In this document: positions 53,199 through 64,000 of the stretch, in pieces | Position numbering within the stretch: position 1 is the stretch's first letter | Layout of the letters: each line of letters opens with the position of its first letter | Assembly (NCBI GenBank): GCA_043228905.1 | Contig: JBHGNT010000006.1 | Coordinates: 7,626,001 to 7,690,000, forward strand | Length of the DNA stretch: 64,000 bases | Direction of reading: 5' to 3' | Source of the DNA: Azolla caroliniana | Lineage: Eukaryota > Plantae > Polypodiophyta | Translations under genes and position numbers: made by a program | Notes under the pieces: generated by a model | The model's database searches: none | What the model was told of the DNA's origin: nothing | The model's input: the letters and a program-made list of their open reading frames with translations, nothing else

Positions 53199-55231
53199 CA
53201 TGTGGCAAAGGAGTGAAGGATGAGGGGATCCGAGCTTGTTGAAGTTATGGTCGTAGCCGTCGACCGACTAGTGAGCGCTCGTGAGGGAACGGCTGGCCTC
53301 AACAGGGCCATTGAGTCGATCGTCGGCACCATAGGTCGATTCGGTGGGAAGAATGCCACGAGCTACTTGGAGGCCTACCAGGACGAAATGATCATGAGGG
53401 ATATCTCGGTGGACAAGCGGCTGTCCAGATTCCCTCGGGTAGTGACGCCAAGCATCCATGCAGAGGTGCTTGAGGTGTTGGCCGGATGCCGGACTTGGGA
53501 GGAGTTTGAGTTGCGGCTCCTTGAGATGTATGGGTTCGATGACTTGCTTCGGCTGTTGAAGCGAGACTTCACGGCGTGGGTTGAGAGCCCAAGGAAGGGG
53601 AGAAACGCATCGGCGCTCCTCCAGGAGTTCGAGAAACGGTTCGCACGACTGTCAACACTGGACCGGACCGTGCTACTGTTCGTCAAGGTGGTGGATGCCA
53701 TGGACTGGGAGAAGGTGGGTCTCCTGTTGGAAACGGATGAAGGGCTCACGGCAGACTGGGCCATGGTAAGGAGGGTTTACAGTCGTTTCGACAAGCGGCA
53801 CGATTGGAGCGATGAGGGCTCGTCGGCGGCAAGGCCGGTCCCGACGAGGGAGCTCGAGGAGCCGGTCTTGGTACCGGCTAGGAAGAAAGAAACTCGGAGT
53901 TGGCTTGAGACGGGCTCAGCCCCGAGCGGAGTGGTCAAAGGTCCCTCCGGAGGCGCGGCTCTAGAAGAGTTGTCGCAGATGGTGGGAGATCTCCAAATCA
54001 CATAGGCCCAGAGGGACAACGACGAACAGTCTCGTGACCGAAGGCCGCCAGCGGGGGAGCGGTGCATGTGGCGCGACGCGGTCGGCCACATACGGAAAGA
54101 ATGCGCGGATTTCGCAGAGGCACTCAGGACCAATGTGGTTTACCTCTGGAACGGGCGGGTGCACGCGAGTGAGACCCGGAAAGCCCTAGAATTGAATTCG
54201 GGGCGCGACGGAATGAAATGGTAGATGGAAGAGGCCACGACACGACATGCAGAGGCTGTTAACTACTCGGCATCAGCGGGAATCCGGGTCAGGGATGATG
54301 AGGCCCGGAAAGCGAAGGACTCTGGATTCTGGTTGCTGGTGCTAGAGGGTCTCCCTAGAGTACGATTGAAGAAGGAAGAGGTAGACCGACCGGAACAACG
54401 GATCTGGGAGGTCACCGGATGGGACGACCCGGTGGAAGAAAAGACTGGCTTCGTGGCAGCCGCATGCCAGAACTACGAGGTTCTGGTAGAAGACATGCGC
54501 GCAGGAAAGGCCGGAGGGGTAGGCTCCTCGTAGCGGTACAAGACCCGGTTCGGACCAAAGCCGAATGAGGCCGTCAACGCCGGCGCACCAGAGAAGAAGA
54601 AGCAGGCCGGTTTCCGGCTGAGCACCGAAATCGAACGAACGACAGACCTGTAGAAGGTCCTAGAAGAGAGGATTCTCGACATCAAGGTCGAGCTGTCGTT
54701 ACGGGAGGTGCTGGGAATCGCCAAGAAGGAGTTCCACGACACCATCGTGGACTTGGTGAAGCAGAAGTGGCTCTCGACGGAACCGGAGCCGGAGCGACCG
54801 GTGGAAGTGCGGACGATGCACTTAGAAGACACGGCCCTAGAGGATGAGTTGGCGGAAAGCCACTACGCGAAGCCGCATTGGGCTAGGGCCACTACGGAAA
54901 CCCCTGTTCGGATCAGCGACGTCTAGGAGCCGGTGGTGGCATTGGTAGACCACGGTTCAGAGATCAATCTGATGTCCATGGACTTCTATAAAAGGGGGAA
55001 ATGGCCGATCAACACCAAGCACGGGTGGAAGATACATGCGGCGACGCACGCTACAGAGGAGTTGCATGGTGTGTGCCCGAACATACGCGTGAAGATCGAC
55101 GATGTCGAGATAGATCAACATTTCTTTGTGCAAGAGACTTCCTCGCACCCGGTAATTCTCGGCGAACCGTACATTACGGCAGCGCGCATGGAGACGAATG
55201 TACTGGACAACGGTTTGGCGTATGCGCGCGT

Positions 55232-56305
55232 TGTCGTGAACATCTGTCACTATGCGCGGATCGTGAGGCGGAACCGCCGGGGTTCTGGACCGGAAGGACT
55301 TAAAGTTGGCGCAAGCTTTAACGAGAAAGTACTTAAGCTAGATTGAAAGAGAGAGAGAGCTTGAGATAGAACTCTTGATTTTAGATTTTAAGAAACAAGT
55401 TACACAATCAATTCAATAACGAATTCTCTTCTTCTTAATTTCATAACCAAACAAAGCCTAACCCTTCTTCTTTTTCATCCCTTCTTTTATAGATGCTCTC
55501 ATGCATATGATGCATGTGAGGGTACAAGACATGCATAAAATGCATGTTTGCCATTTGGCGCTCATGTATTACATGTGGTGCATGATAACCATGTCACTCA
55601 TTTTAGCTCTCATGTATGAGAATTTACATGTAAAAGTACAATGATAGAAATATAAATTCAACTAAATGTCATGGCTTAGTGGTAAGCCAATTGACTGCTA
55701 ACTTGGAGGTGCAAGGTTTGAATCCTTACTTGCCCTCCTTGTATATGTATATGTATATATATGTTTGTATATATATTTATATATTTATTTATCTAGTCGC
55801 CGGACGCCGACGGATGCTGCCGGTTATCGGTGGCTGCCATCTCGCCGGATCACCGGTTGCCGGTGTGCCACTGTCGCTTTGCCGGATCACCAGCTCCATT
55901 GCCGATCCGGTTTTGGTTGGCCAAAAACCTTTACGAGTAGCTAGGCCACCTCCACTCTTGGTTCAAGCTACCTTGAACTCTCTATGCCCCACACATAGAC
56001 ACAAAGATAATAGCCTTTGCTCTACCTTATATATGATGAGAGCCGTATTTGTCGTGCCTATGTGGGATATCTCACAGTTTTCTCTTTTCCTTTCACAAAC
56101 TTTATACCCTCATATCTTGACATTTAGTTGTCCGTTTCTCGTGTAATAAAGTGCATTCGAAAGCTCTTGAAGACCTCCATCATTTTGTACTTAGATATTA
56201 AACTTATTTAAAATGTTATCTCCATTATTATTGTTTTATGTGATTCATACTCGATTTTGTATGTTTTATGTGATTTTCACACTATTGCCGAAAATCTACA
56301 CGACA
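55232..56305 (-). mobile_element. 1074-bp solo LTR inside the protease region of E
   Basis: TGTCGTG...CACGACA termini; absent at the homologous site in F; imperfect short TSD GCGT/TCGT; TATA on the minus strand near 55490. Confidence 0.8.
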
Positions 56306-58761
56306 TCGTCAAGAGCCAAGACGGTCGGCATTTCGTCCAATTCATGACAATGCGACCAACCACGAGCCCCTAAAACCACGAGACCCTTGGTGGCGACAAC
56401 CGAGGGGATTTTTGGAGAGGGCTATCAAGGCGCAGGGCCGCGATAGTCCGAACACCCTGGAAAAACCCCACAGATGTACTATAGGCAAAAACACCTGTAC
56501 CATAGGTAGAAAATTTTGGTTCTCCGATAGCGGTGGTTGTACGATAGCCGTCGTAGTTGGCTGGGAAAAGAAGCAGGCGGAGGAGCGGCTTCGGGCGTGC
56601 AGAGTCCTCGGCCCTGGAGAGGAAATCAACGGAGTCGTGGAGGCAGTCTCTTTCGATCACACCTTGGGGAAGTTACGTGAGGTGTTCGAAGAAGGCCTTA
56701 ATGAGGACTTGATGATTCCGGTATGTTCGGAAAAGATGTACGAAGTCATTGCCAACTTCGGTAGTGGGCTCGAGTCGGATCAGACGGCCCGAGTGGATAC
56801 GAAGTACGAGACTGTGGACCGGAAGGTGAGGCTAGTCGCGGCACCCTTGCCGGAGGGCAGCGAGTTACGGGTAAAGGGGGTTGCGTCGGACCCAAGTTTA
56901 CGAGATCCAGTCAACATAGGACACACGTTCACCGATGTAACGCTATGGGAGCTCAAGATCGGTGGGGGTGGCTTTCTACTGCCAGCGGAAGAGAACCGGT
57001 TTCGGAGAATGCTCGGGAGGCACAAGAAGGCTTTCATATTCTCACCGGAGGAGATCGGGTGCGTAGACCCGAAGGTTATGGAACCAATGGTGATCTTCAC
57101 GGTACCGCATGTGCCGTGGAGTCTCAAACCGATTCCGGTACCCAGAGCTCACATCCTGAAGCTGATGGAGCTGTTGAAATAGAAGGTGGAGATGGGCATC
57201 CTCGAACCGTCAAGTGCCCCATATTCGAATCGGTGGTTTATCATGTCGAAGAAGAACGACACACTGTGCTTCATACAGGACCTACAGTCGGTCAACAAGG
57301 TGACCATTCGAAACACAGGTATCGGACCGACCATCGATGAGTTTGCAGAGGCTTTTGCAGGGAGGTCGATCTACTCGGTCGGGGACCTGTACTCAGGCTA
57401 TGATCAGTTCCAGCTAGCCGTAGAGTGCAGGGATGTCACGACGATGCAGACTCCTCTCAGTCTAGTTCGGATGTGTACCCTACTGTAAGGAGGAACGAAC
57501 TCGGTGGCACACATGGTGAATGCGATGAACAAGGTGTTGAGGGACTGCATACCGGACATCACCATGCCGTTTCGGGATGACATCCCGATTAAAGGATGAC
57601 CGGTGGAGGATAAGGATGAGTCGGTCAGGCCCAATGGTTGCCGGAGTTTCGTGACGGATCACATCCGCGACTGCGAGAAGGTGCTACAAAGACTCGAGAG
57701 CGCGCGGCTCACCTTGTCCGGAGAAAAATCAGCATTCGGATAGCCGGAGATCCTAGTAGTCAGACACCTGTGCGGGCCCTATGGCCGGAAACCGTCCCCA
57801 GCAAAGGTAGAAGCCATCTCCGTGATGAAGCACAATTATGGGTCTGTTACGGAGGTCCGCAAATTCTTGGGTGCGTGCGCGTTCTACCACATCTGGATTC
57901 CTCACTACGCACATGTCGCGGAACCGCTCTACGGGCTATTAAAGAAAGGGTGTAGGTTCGAGTGGAGGACGGAGCACACGGAGTCGGTCCGGAGGCTGAA
58001 GGAGGCGCTTGTTGCAGCACCGACTCTTCGGAAAGCGGTTTATGGCAAGGAAGTCCCCATCTACGTGACGGTGGACACAAGCCTGACCAGGATCGGGTGG
58101 GTGATCAGTCAGGAGGACAAGGACGATGTACAGTTCCTGATCCGGTTCGGGGCGAAGGTATTGAGCGAGCAACAGCGAGGATACGCCCAAGTTAAGCGTT
58201 AGCTGTGGGGTATCATTTCGGAAGTCAAGGCCGACAAGGACTATCTGATCGGGATGGAAGTGATCATCGAGACAGACTGCCTACCGATTCTAGGTATGGT
58301 CTCCGGATGCGCGACTCCAGACCTGGCGATGCTCAGGTGGACTGTGTACATCAAGTCCCTGAACCCGAGGATACGACACATCTCCGGGAAAGATAATGCC
58401 ATGGCCGATATGCTTTCAAGGGCGCGGTTCAGTGACGAGGACGACATGGTTTCAGATAACGAGGAAGTCGGCGAGGATTTCTTCGGGTCAGCCAATGTAA
58501 CAACAAGAAAGGGGAGCACTCCGGCGCTTAACGAATTTGACGAGAGCAAGTACGATGGTGAGTGGCTCTAGATCGGTGGGTTCCTGAAGGCAATGACACT
58601 GGACGCGGCATGGACGAAGGAAGAGGCCAACCGGATTCGGAAGAAAGCGTACCGATTCTTTCTACGGGACGGGAGCATATGGAAGCACCCGAAGAAGAGA
58701 GACGACATCCCGCTTCGAGTGGTGGCAAAGAAAGAGGAACAGGAGGAATTGTTGACGGCGT

Positions 58762-61700
58762 TGTCGTGAAGAAAACCGTCCCTTAGCGCAATCGGTGCAT
58801 AGCGCGCGTGAACCGGCTCTTCACGCGTGCGCGCCCTTTAATGTATATAATAGAGAATTAGGTACAAAGGTATATCCGAGGTAGTTAGATTCGGTAGGTA
58901 GGAAGTTAATGAGGGAAACGGCTCCCTTCTTGAAGCTATAAAAGAGAGGGAGACGCGACGTGAACAGGGGGATTATTATTTTGGATTGAGGAGGACGAAG
59001 TGCTGTCGGACCGAAATCGAACGCTTCTCCTTTGCTCGTTCTCCATCGCTCTTCTCTGCAGGTTTTCAGGAGGCTCGCGTTGCTTCGAGGAACGCCCGTG
59101 TGCTTCTGGAAGCACCTCCGTCCTATCCCCTTTCGTGCGCAGACGAGCAGGCATCGACATCTGTTCGCCGGCCTGTTCGGTTGTAACCGCTCGCGTGCTA
59201 TGTTGTTTACTTGTCATTCATTAATATACAAACATTCGTGTCTCTCTGTCTCTGTGTCCATTCGTGTCTTCTGCGTTGACGGGGTCGTGTCCCTGTGTTT
59301 CTTTGCTCATACGTAACCAAGCGTCTCTCTCTTTCTCTTTCCCCTTCTATCACCTGCTCTTTGGTTCAAGACCCCGGTGGTCCCGCCTCGTTTCTCCACG
59401 CACGTGCGTAGTAACGCGACATCTTTGGTGAACCCGAGGTGAACAAGGCGGCAGAGGAGCAGAAGATGAGGGGGTCGGATCTTGTAGAGGCCATGGCTTC
59501 GGCCGTGGACCGGATAGTGAGCGCGCGCAAGGGCACCGGCGCCCTTGACAGGGCTATTGAGGCAATCGTCGGTACGATCGGCCGGTTCAGTGGAAAGGAT
59601 GCCATGAGTTATTTGGCGTCCTACCGGGCGGAGATGTTGATGAGGGATATTCCGGAAGAGAGATGTCTTGTCGGATTCCCTCGAGTGGCGATGCCGGGCA
59701 TCCATGCGGAGGTGCTCGAGGTCCGGGCGGAGAGCCAGACCTGGGAGGAGTTCGAAGTACGACTCCTGGAGAAATATGGGCTGGATGACGCGCTTCGGCT
59801 TTCGAAGCGGGGCTTCATGGAGTGGGTGGAGTCCCCCAACAAAGGAAGAAATGCGTCAGTACTCTTCCGGGAGTTTGAGGAACGCTTTGCGCGCCTTTCG
59901 GCGCTCAATTGGACCGTTTTGGACACAAGTAGTGTCCTACTGTTTGTCAAATCGGTTGACGCACGGGATCGGGAGCAAGTGGGCTCCTTATTGGAAACCG
60001 AAGACGGGCTGACGGCCGACTGGGCCGCGGTAAAAAGAGTCTGCGGCCGTTTTGACAAACGGTGGGATTGGGCTGATACATGGGCGGGTCCTGTCGCAGC
60101 AAGGAAGCTTGAACCGATACCAGAGGCGCGAAGGGAAGAGACCCGGGAGTGGCTCGAAACCGGTTCGGCTTCGACCGGCGTGGTAAGAGGCTCGTCCGGG
60201 GGAACAACTTTGGAGGAGTTGACACGGGCGGTAAAGGATCTCCAGATCGCCTAAGCTCGGAGGGAAGGCGGCGAACAGGCTCGTGACCGACGGCCTCCGG
60301 CAGGAAATAGGTGCATGTGGTGCGACGAGGTCGGCCACATCCGGAAAGACTGCGGGGACTTTGCGGAGGCTTTGAGAAGCCGGGTAGTGTACCTATGGGA
60401 AGGTCGGGTGCACGCCAGCGATACCCGGAGGGCCCCGAACCGAAACGACGGGCGAGGAGGAATGAAAAGGCTGATGGAAGAGGCGGCGGCCTGGCATGCG
60501 GAGACCGTCCACTACTCGGCGTCAACCGGTATTCGGGTCGGAGGCAGCGAGGCCTGGAAGGAGAGCAAAGCCGGGTTTTGGCCAACGATGCTGGAAGGCC
60601 TCGACGGTGCCCGACTAAGGAAAGACGAGGCGGACCGCGCGGAGAAGCGGGTCCAGGAGGTAACCGGGTGGAGTGACCCGGTCGAAGAAAAGACGGGTTT
60701 CGTCGAAGTAGCTTGCCAGAACTACGAGGGTTTGGTTGAAGACAAACGGGTAGGTAAAACCGGAGGGGCTGGACCCTCACAAAGATACGAAACCCGATTC
60801 GGGCCGAAACGGAACGAGGCCTGTGAGACCAATGCCCGGGATAACCACAAGAAGGGCGGATACCGGTTGGGCACGGAGATCGAAAGGACCACGGACCTAC
60901 GAAAGGTCCTGGAAGAACGAATCCTCGACAGCAAGGTGGAACTGTCGTTGCGGGAGGTGCTCGGAATCGCCAAGAAGGAGTTCCACGACTCCATCGTAGA
61001 CTTGGTGAAGAGGAAGAGGCTGTCGACGGAGACAGAACCGGAAAGGCCGGTGGAGGTGCAGATGACGCACATAGAGGACATGGCGCTAGAAGACGAGTGG
61101 GCGGAGAGCCACTATTCGAGGCCACACTGGGCCCGAGCGACCACGGAAACCCCGGTGAAGATCGGAGATGTTTAGGAACCGGTTGTGGTGCTGGTGGACC
61201 ACAGTTCGGAAATAAACCTGATGTCCATGGACTTCTACAAGAAGGGGAAATGGCCGGTCAACACCAAGCACGGGTGGAAGATACGGGCGGCGACGCGCGC
61301 CACCGAGGAACTACACGGGGCCTGCCCAAACGTGCGAGTCAAGATCGGCGACGTCGAGATAGACCAACACTTCTTTGTGTAGGAGACGTCCTCGCACCCG
61401 GTCATACTGGGAGAACTGTACATTACGGTAGCACGGATGGAGACCAAGGTGCTGGACAACGGGTCGGCTTATGCGAGGGTCAAGAGTCAGGACGAGCGTC
61501 ATTCGGTCCAGTTCCTGACGGTGCGACCGAACCACGAGCGAAACCGCGAGTCCCTCGGTGGCGAGAACCGAGAGGATTTTTAGAGAGGGCTATCAAGGCG
61601 TGGGGCCGCGATAGTCCGGACACTTCGGGAAAACCCCACAAATGTACGATAGAGGCGAAACTGAAGAAACCTTGTACCATAAGTAGGAAGTTTTGTTTCT

Positions 61701-64000
61701 CCGACAACGGAGGGTGTACGATAGTTGGCGTCGTTGGCCGAGAAAAGAAAAGGGCGGAAGAGCGACTTCGGGCGTGCAGAGTTCTCGGGCCCAACGAGGA
61801 AATCAACGGAGCCGTGGAGGCGGTCTCCTTCGACGATACCTTGGGAATACTGCGAGAGGTGGTCGGAGAGGGTTTTAAAGAGGATCGGACGATATTGGTT
61901 TGTTCAGAAGAGATGTACGAAGTCATCGCGGACTTCAGTCGAGGGCTCGAGTCGAATCGGACGGCCCGGGTTAACACGAAGTACAAGACTGTGGACCGGA
62001 AGGTAAGGCCAGTCGCGGCACCCTTACTGAAGGGCAGCGAGTTGCGAATCAAGGGGGTCGCGTCAGACCCCAGTTTACGAGATCCGGCCTGCATAGGACA
62101 CACCTTCACCGACAGAATGCTACGGGAGCTCAAAATCGGTGGGGGCGGGTTCCTACTGCCGGCAGAAGAAGACCGGTTTCGGAGAATGCTTGGAAGGCAC
62201 GGGAAAGCCTTCGCATTCTCACCGGAAGAGATCGGGTGCGCAGACCCGACAATCGTGAAGCCAATGGTGATATTCACGGTACCGCATGTGCCGTGGAATC
62301 TCAAACCAATTCCGGTACCGAGAGCTCATATCCCGGAGCTGATGGAGCTGTTGAGGTAGAAAGTCGATATGGGCATCCTCGAACCGGTGGTTTACCGTAC
62401 TGAGGAAGAACGGGACGTTGCGCTTCATTCAAGGTCTGCAACCGGTCAACAGAGTGACCATTCGGAACGCAAGAATCAGACCAACGATAGACGAGTTCGC
62501 GGAGGCCTTCGCCGGAAGGTCGATCTACTCGGTCGGTGATCTGTACTCGGGGTACGATCAGTTCCAAATAGCCGTGGAGAGTAGAGACATTACGACGATG
62601 CAGACTCCTCTCGGCCTAGTGCGGATGTGTACCCTGCCACAAGGAGGGACAAACTCGGTGGCCCACATGGTGAATGCGAGGAACAAGGTGTTGAGGGATT
62701 GTATCCCGGACATCACCATGCCATTCTTGGACGACATCCCGATCAAGGGATGTCCGGTGGAGGAAAAGGACGAAATGATCGGACCGGACGGATGCCGGAA
62801 ATTCGTGGCGACACACATTGACGACTGCAAGAGGGTGCTGCAGAGGCTAGAGGACGCGAGGCTCACCTTCTCCGGGGAGAAATCCGCCTTCGGGCAATCA
62901 GATATCATGGTCGTGGGACATCTATGCGGACCGTATGGCCGGAAACCGTCTCCGGCTAAGGTGGAAGCCATCTCCGCAATGAAGCCCGACTGTAACTCGG
63001 TCACGAGGTACGGAGGTTCTTGGGAGCATGCGCGCTCTACCACATATGGATCCCGCATTACGCCCACGTTGCCGAGCCGCTATACGGGTTGCTGAAAAAA
63101 GGGCGAAAATTCGAGTGGCGAGACGAGCATACGGAGTCGGTCCGAAAGATGAAGGAGGCTCTTGCTGCAGCTCCGGCACTCCGGAAGGCTGTCTACGAGA
63201 AAGGCACTCCCATCTACATAACGGTAGATACAAGTCCGACCGGGATCGGATGGGTCGTCAACCAAGAAGATGAGGACGACATTCGGTTCCCAATCCGGTT
63301 CGGCGCGAAGGTCCTCAGCGAGCGACAGCGAGGATACGCCCAGGTTAAACGCGAACTCTGGGGTATCGTTTCGGCGGTGAAGGCCGATAAAGACTATCTG
63401 ATCGGGACAGAGGTGATTATCGAGACGGACTGCCTGCCGATTCTTGGCATGGTTTCCGGATGCGCAACCCCGGACCTGGCAATGCTCAAGTGGATAGCGT
63501 ACATCAAGTCCCTACACCCGGAAATACGACACATTTCCGGGAAAGACAATGCCATGGCCGACATGCTTTCGAGGGCGCGATTCGACGACGAGGGCGGCAT
63601 GGTTTCGGAGGACGAGGAAGTCGGCATGGACTTCTTCGAGGCGGCTTACGTAACAACCGAGGGGGGGAGCACTCCGGCGCTTAACGATTTCAACGAGAGC
63701 AAGTACGACGGGGAGTGGCTGCAGATTGGGGGATTCTTAAGGACGATGACGCCAGACGCGTCATGGACAAAGGACGAGGCCAACCGGATCCGGAAGAAAG
63801 CGTATTGATTCTTTCTCCGGGACGGATACTTGTGGAAGCACCCGAAGAAGAGGAACGGCATCCCGCTCCGAGTAGTGGCGATGGAGGAGGAACAAGAGGA
63901 GTTGTTGAAGGCCTACCACGACAGCCCCTGGGCTGGACACCGTGGGACGTGGGCCACGTTCGAGAAACTAAAGGGGAAGTACTGGTGGCCGGGACTGTAC
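58762..64000 (+). mobile_element. Ty3/gypsy element F (sister subfamily of E), nested in E, runs off the window end
   Basis: LTR 58762-59421; Trp PBS; gag ATG 59466; CMWCDEVGHIRKDC; protease; RT with FLDD; RNase H; integrase start YHDSPWAGHRG; several stops and frameshifts. Confidence 0.93.

Larger units (their letters stand above)
52522..58761 (+). mobile_element. Ty3/gypsy element E (tRNA-Trp PBS), decayed, cut in integrase by F
   Basis: LTR 52522-53176 (TGTCGTG..CACGACA); PBS 53181-53198; gag ATG 53220; protease LVDHGSEIN; RT (DLYSGYDQ); RNase H (VDTS, IETDC, NAMADMLSR); order gag-PR-RT-RH-INT. Confidence 0.92.

Noticed and set aside
52522-59421. E and F LTRs as the two LTRs of one element
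   Set aside because: They are too divergent; the second is followed by its own PBS and gag and interrupts integrase with no PPT.
59947-61125. 392-aa antisense ORF and other long shadow ORFs in the GC-rich retroelements
   Set aside because: They have no recognisable motifs, are expected opposite GC-rich coding DNA, and are not preserved in copy E.

Overview
Land-plant nuclear DNA, most likely a fern. That is an inference from a plastid trnL fragment with fern-type features and from retroelement types typical of non-seed plants. The window holds two intact spliced host genes arranged tail-to-tail: a VAN3-binding/FORKED-family auxin-canalisation + PH protein (+, 19612-23436, 7 exons, 489 aa) and the ERAD factor HRD3/SEL1L (-, 36743-26540, 6 exons, 700 aa). 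They sit between two stacks of nested transposons whose junctions can be read directly from TG..CA ends and target-site duplications (TSDs). Left stack: a decayed Bianca-type copia contains young copia A (TSD TAAGG), which contains younger copia B (TSD CGAAT); the Bianca remnant also carries a solo LTR and a hAT MITE. Right stack: a 5'-truncated RTEX-like LINE lies in the HRD3 promoter, followed by a region with a captured glutamate-decarboxylase exon, then copia C. Copia C contains a solo LTR, copia D (itself holding a solo LTR) and a tRNA-Trp-primed gypsy E, which holds a solo LTR and gypsy F. The most interesting signals are a conserved -1 frameshift cassette (G GAU UUU + hairpin) in the gypsy family, TATA boxes set in inverted repeats with compensatory changes across LTR families, a LINE splitting a UPR-element cluster, a duplicated HRD3 splice acceptor, and the GAD exon capture. 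I found no evidence for a wholly new multi-gene system. All alignments were done by eye.
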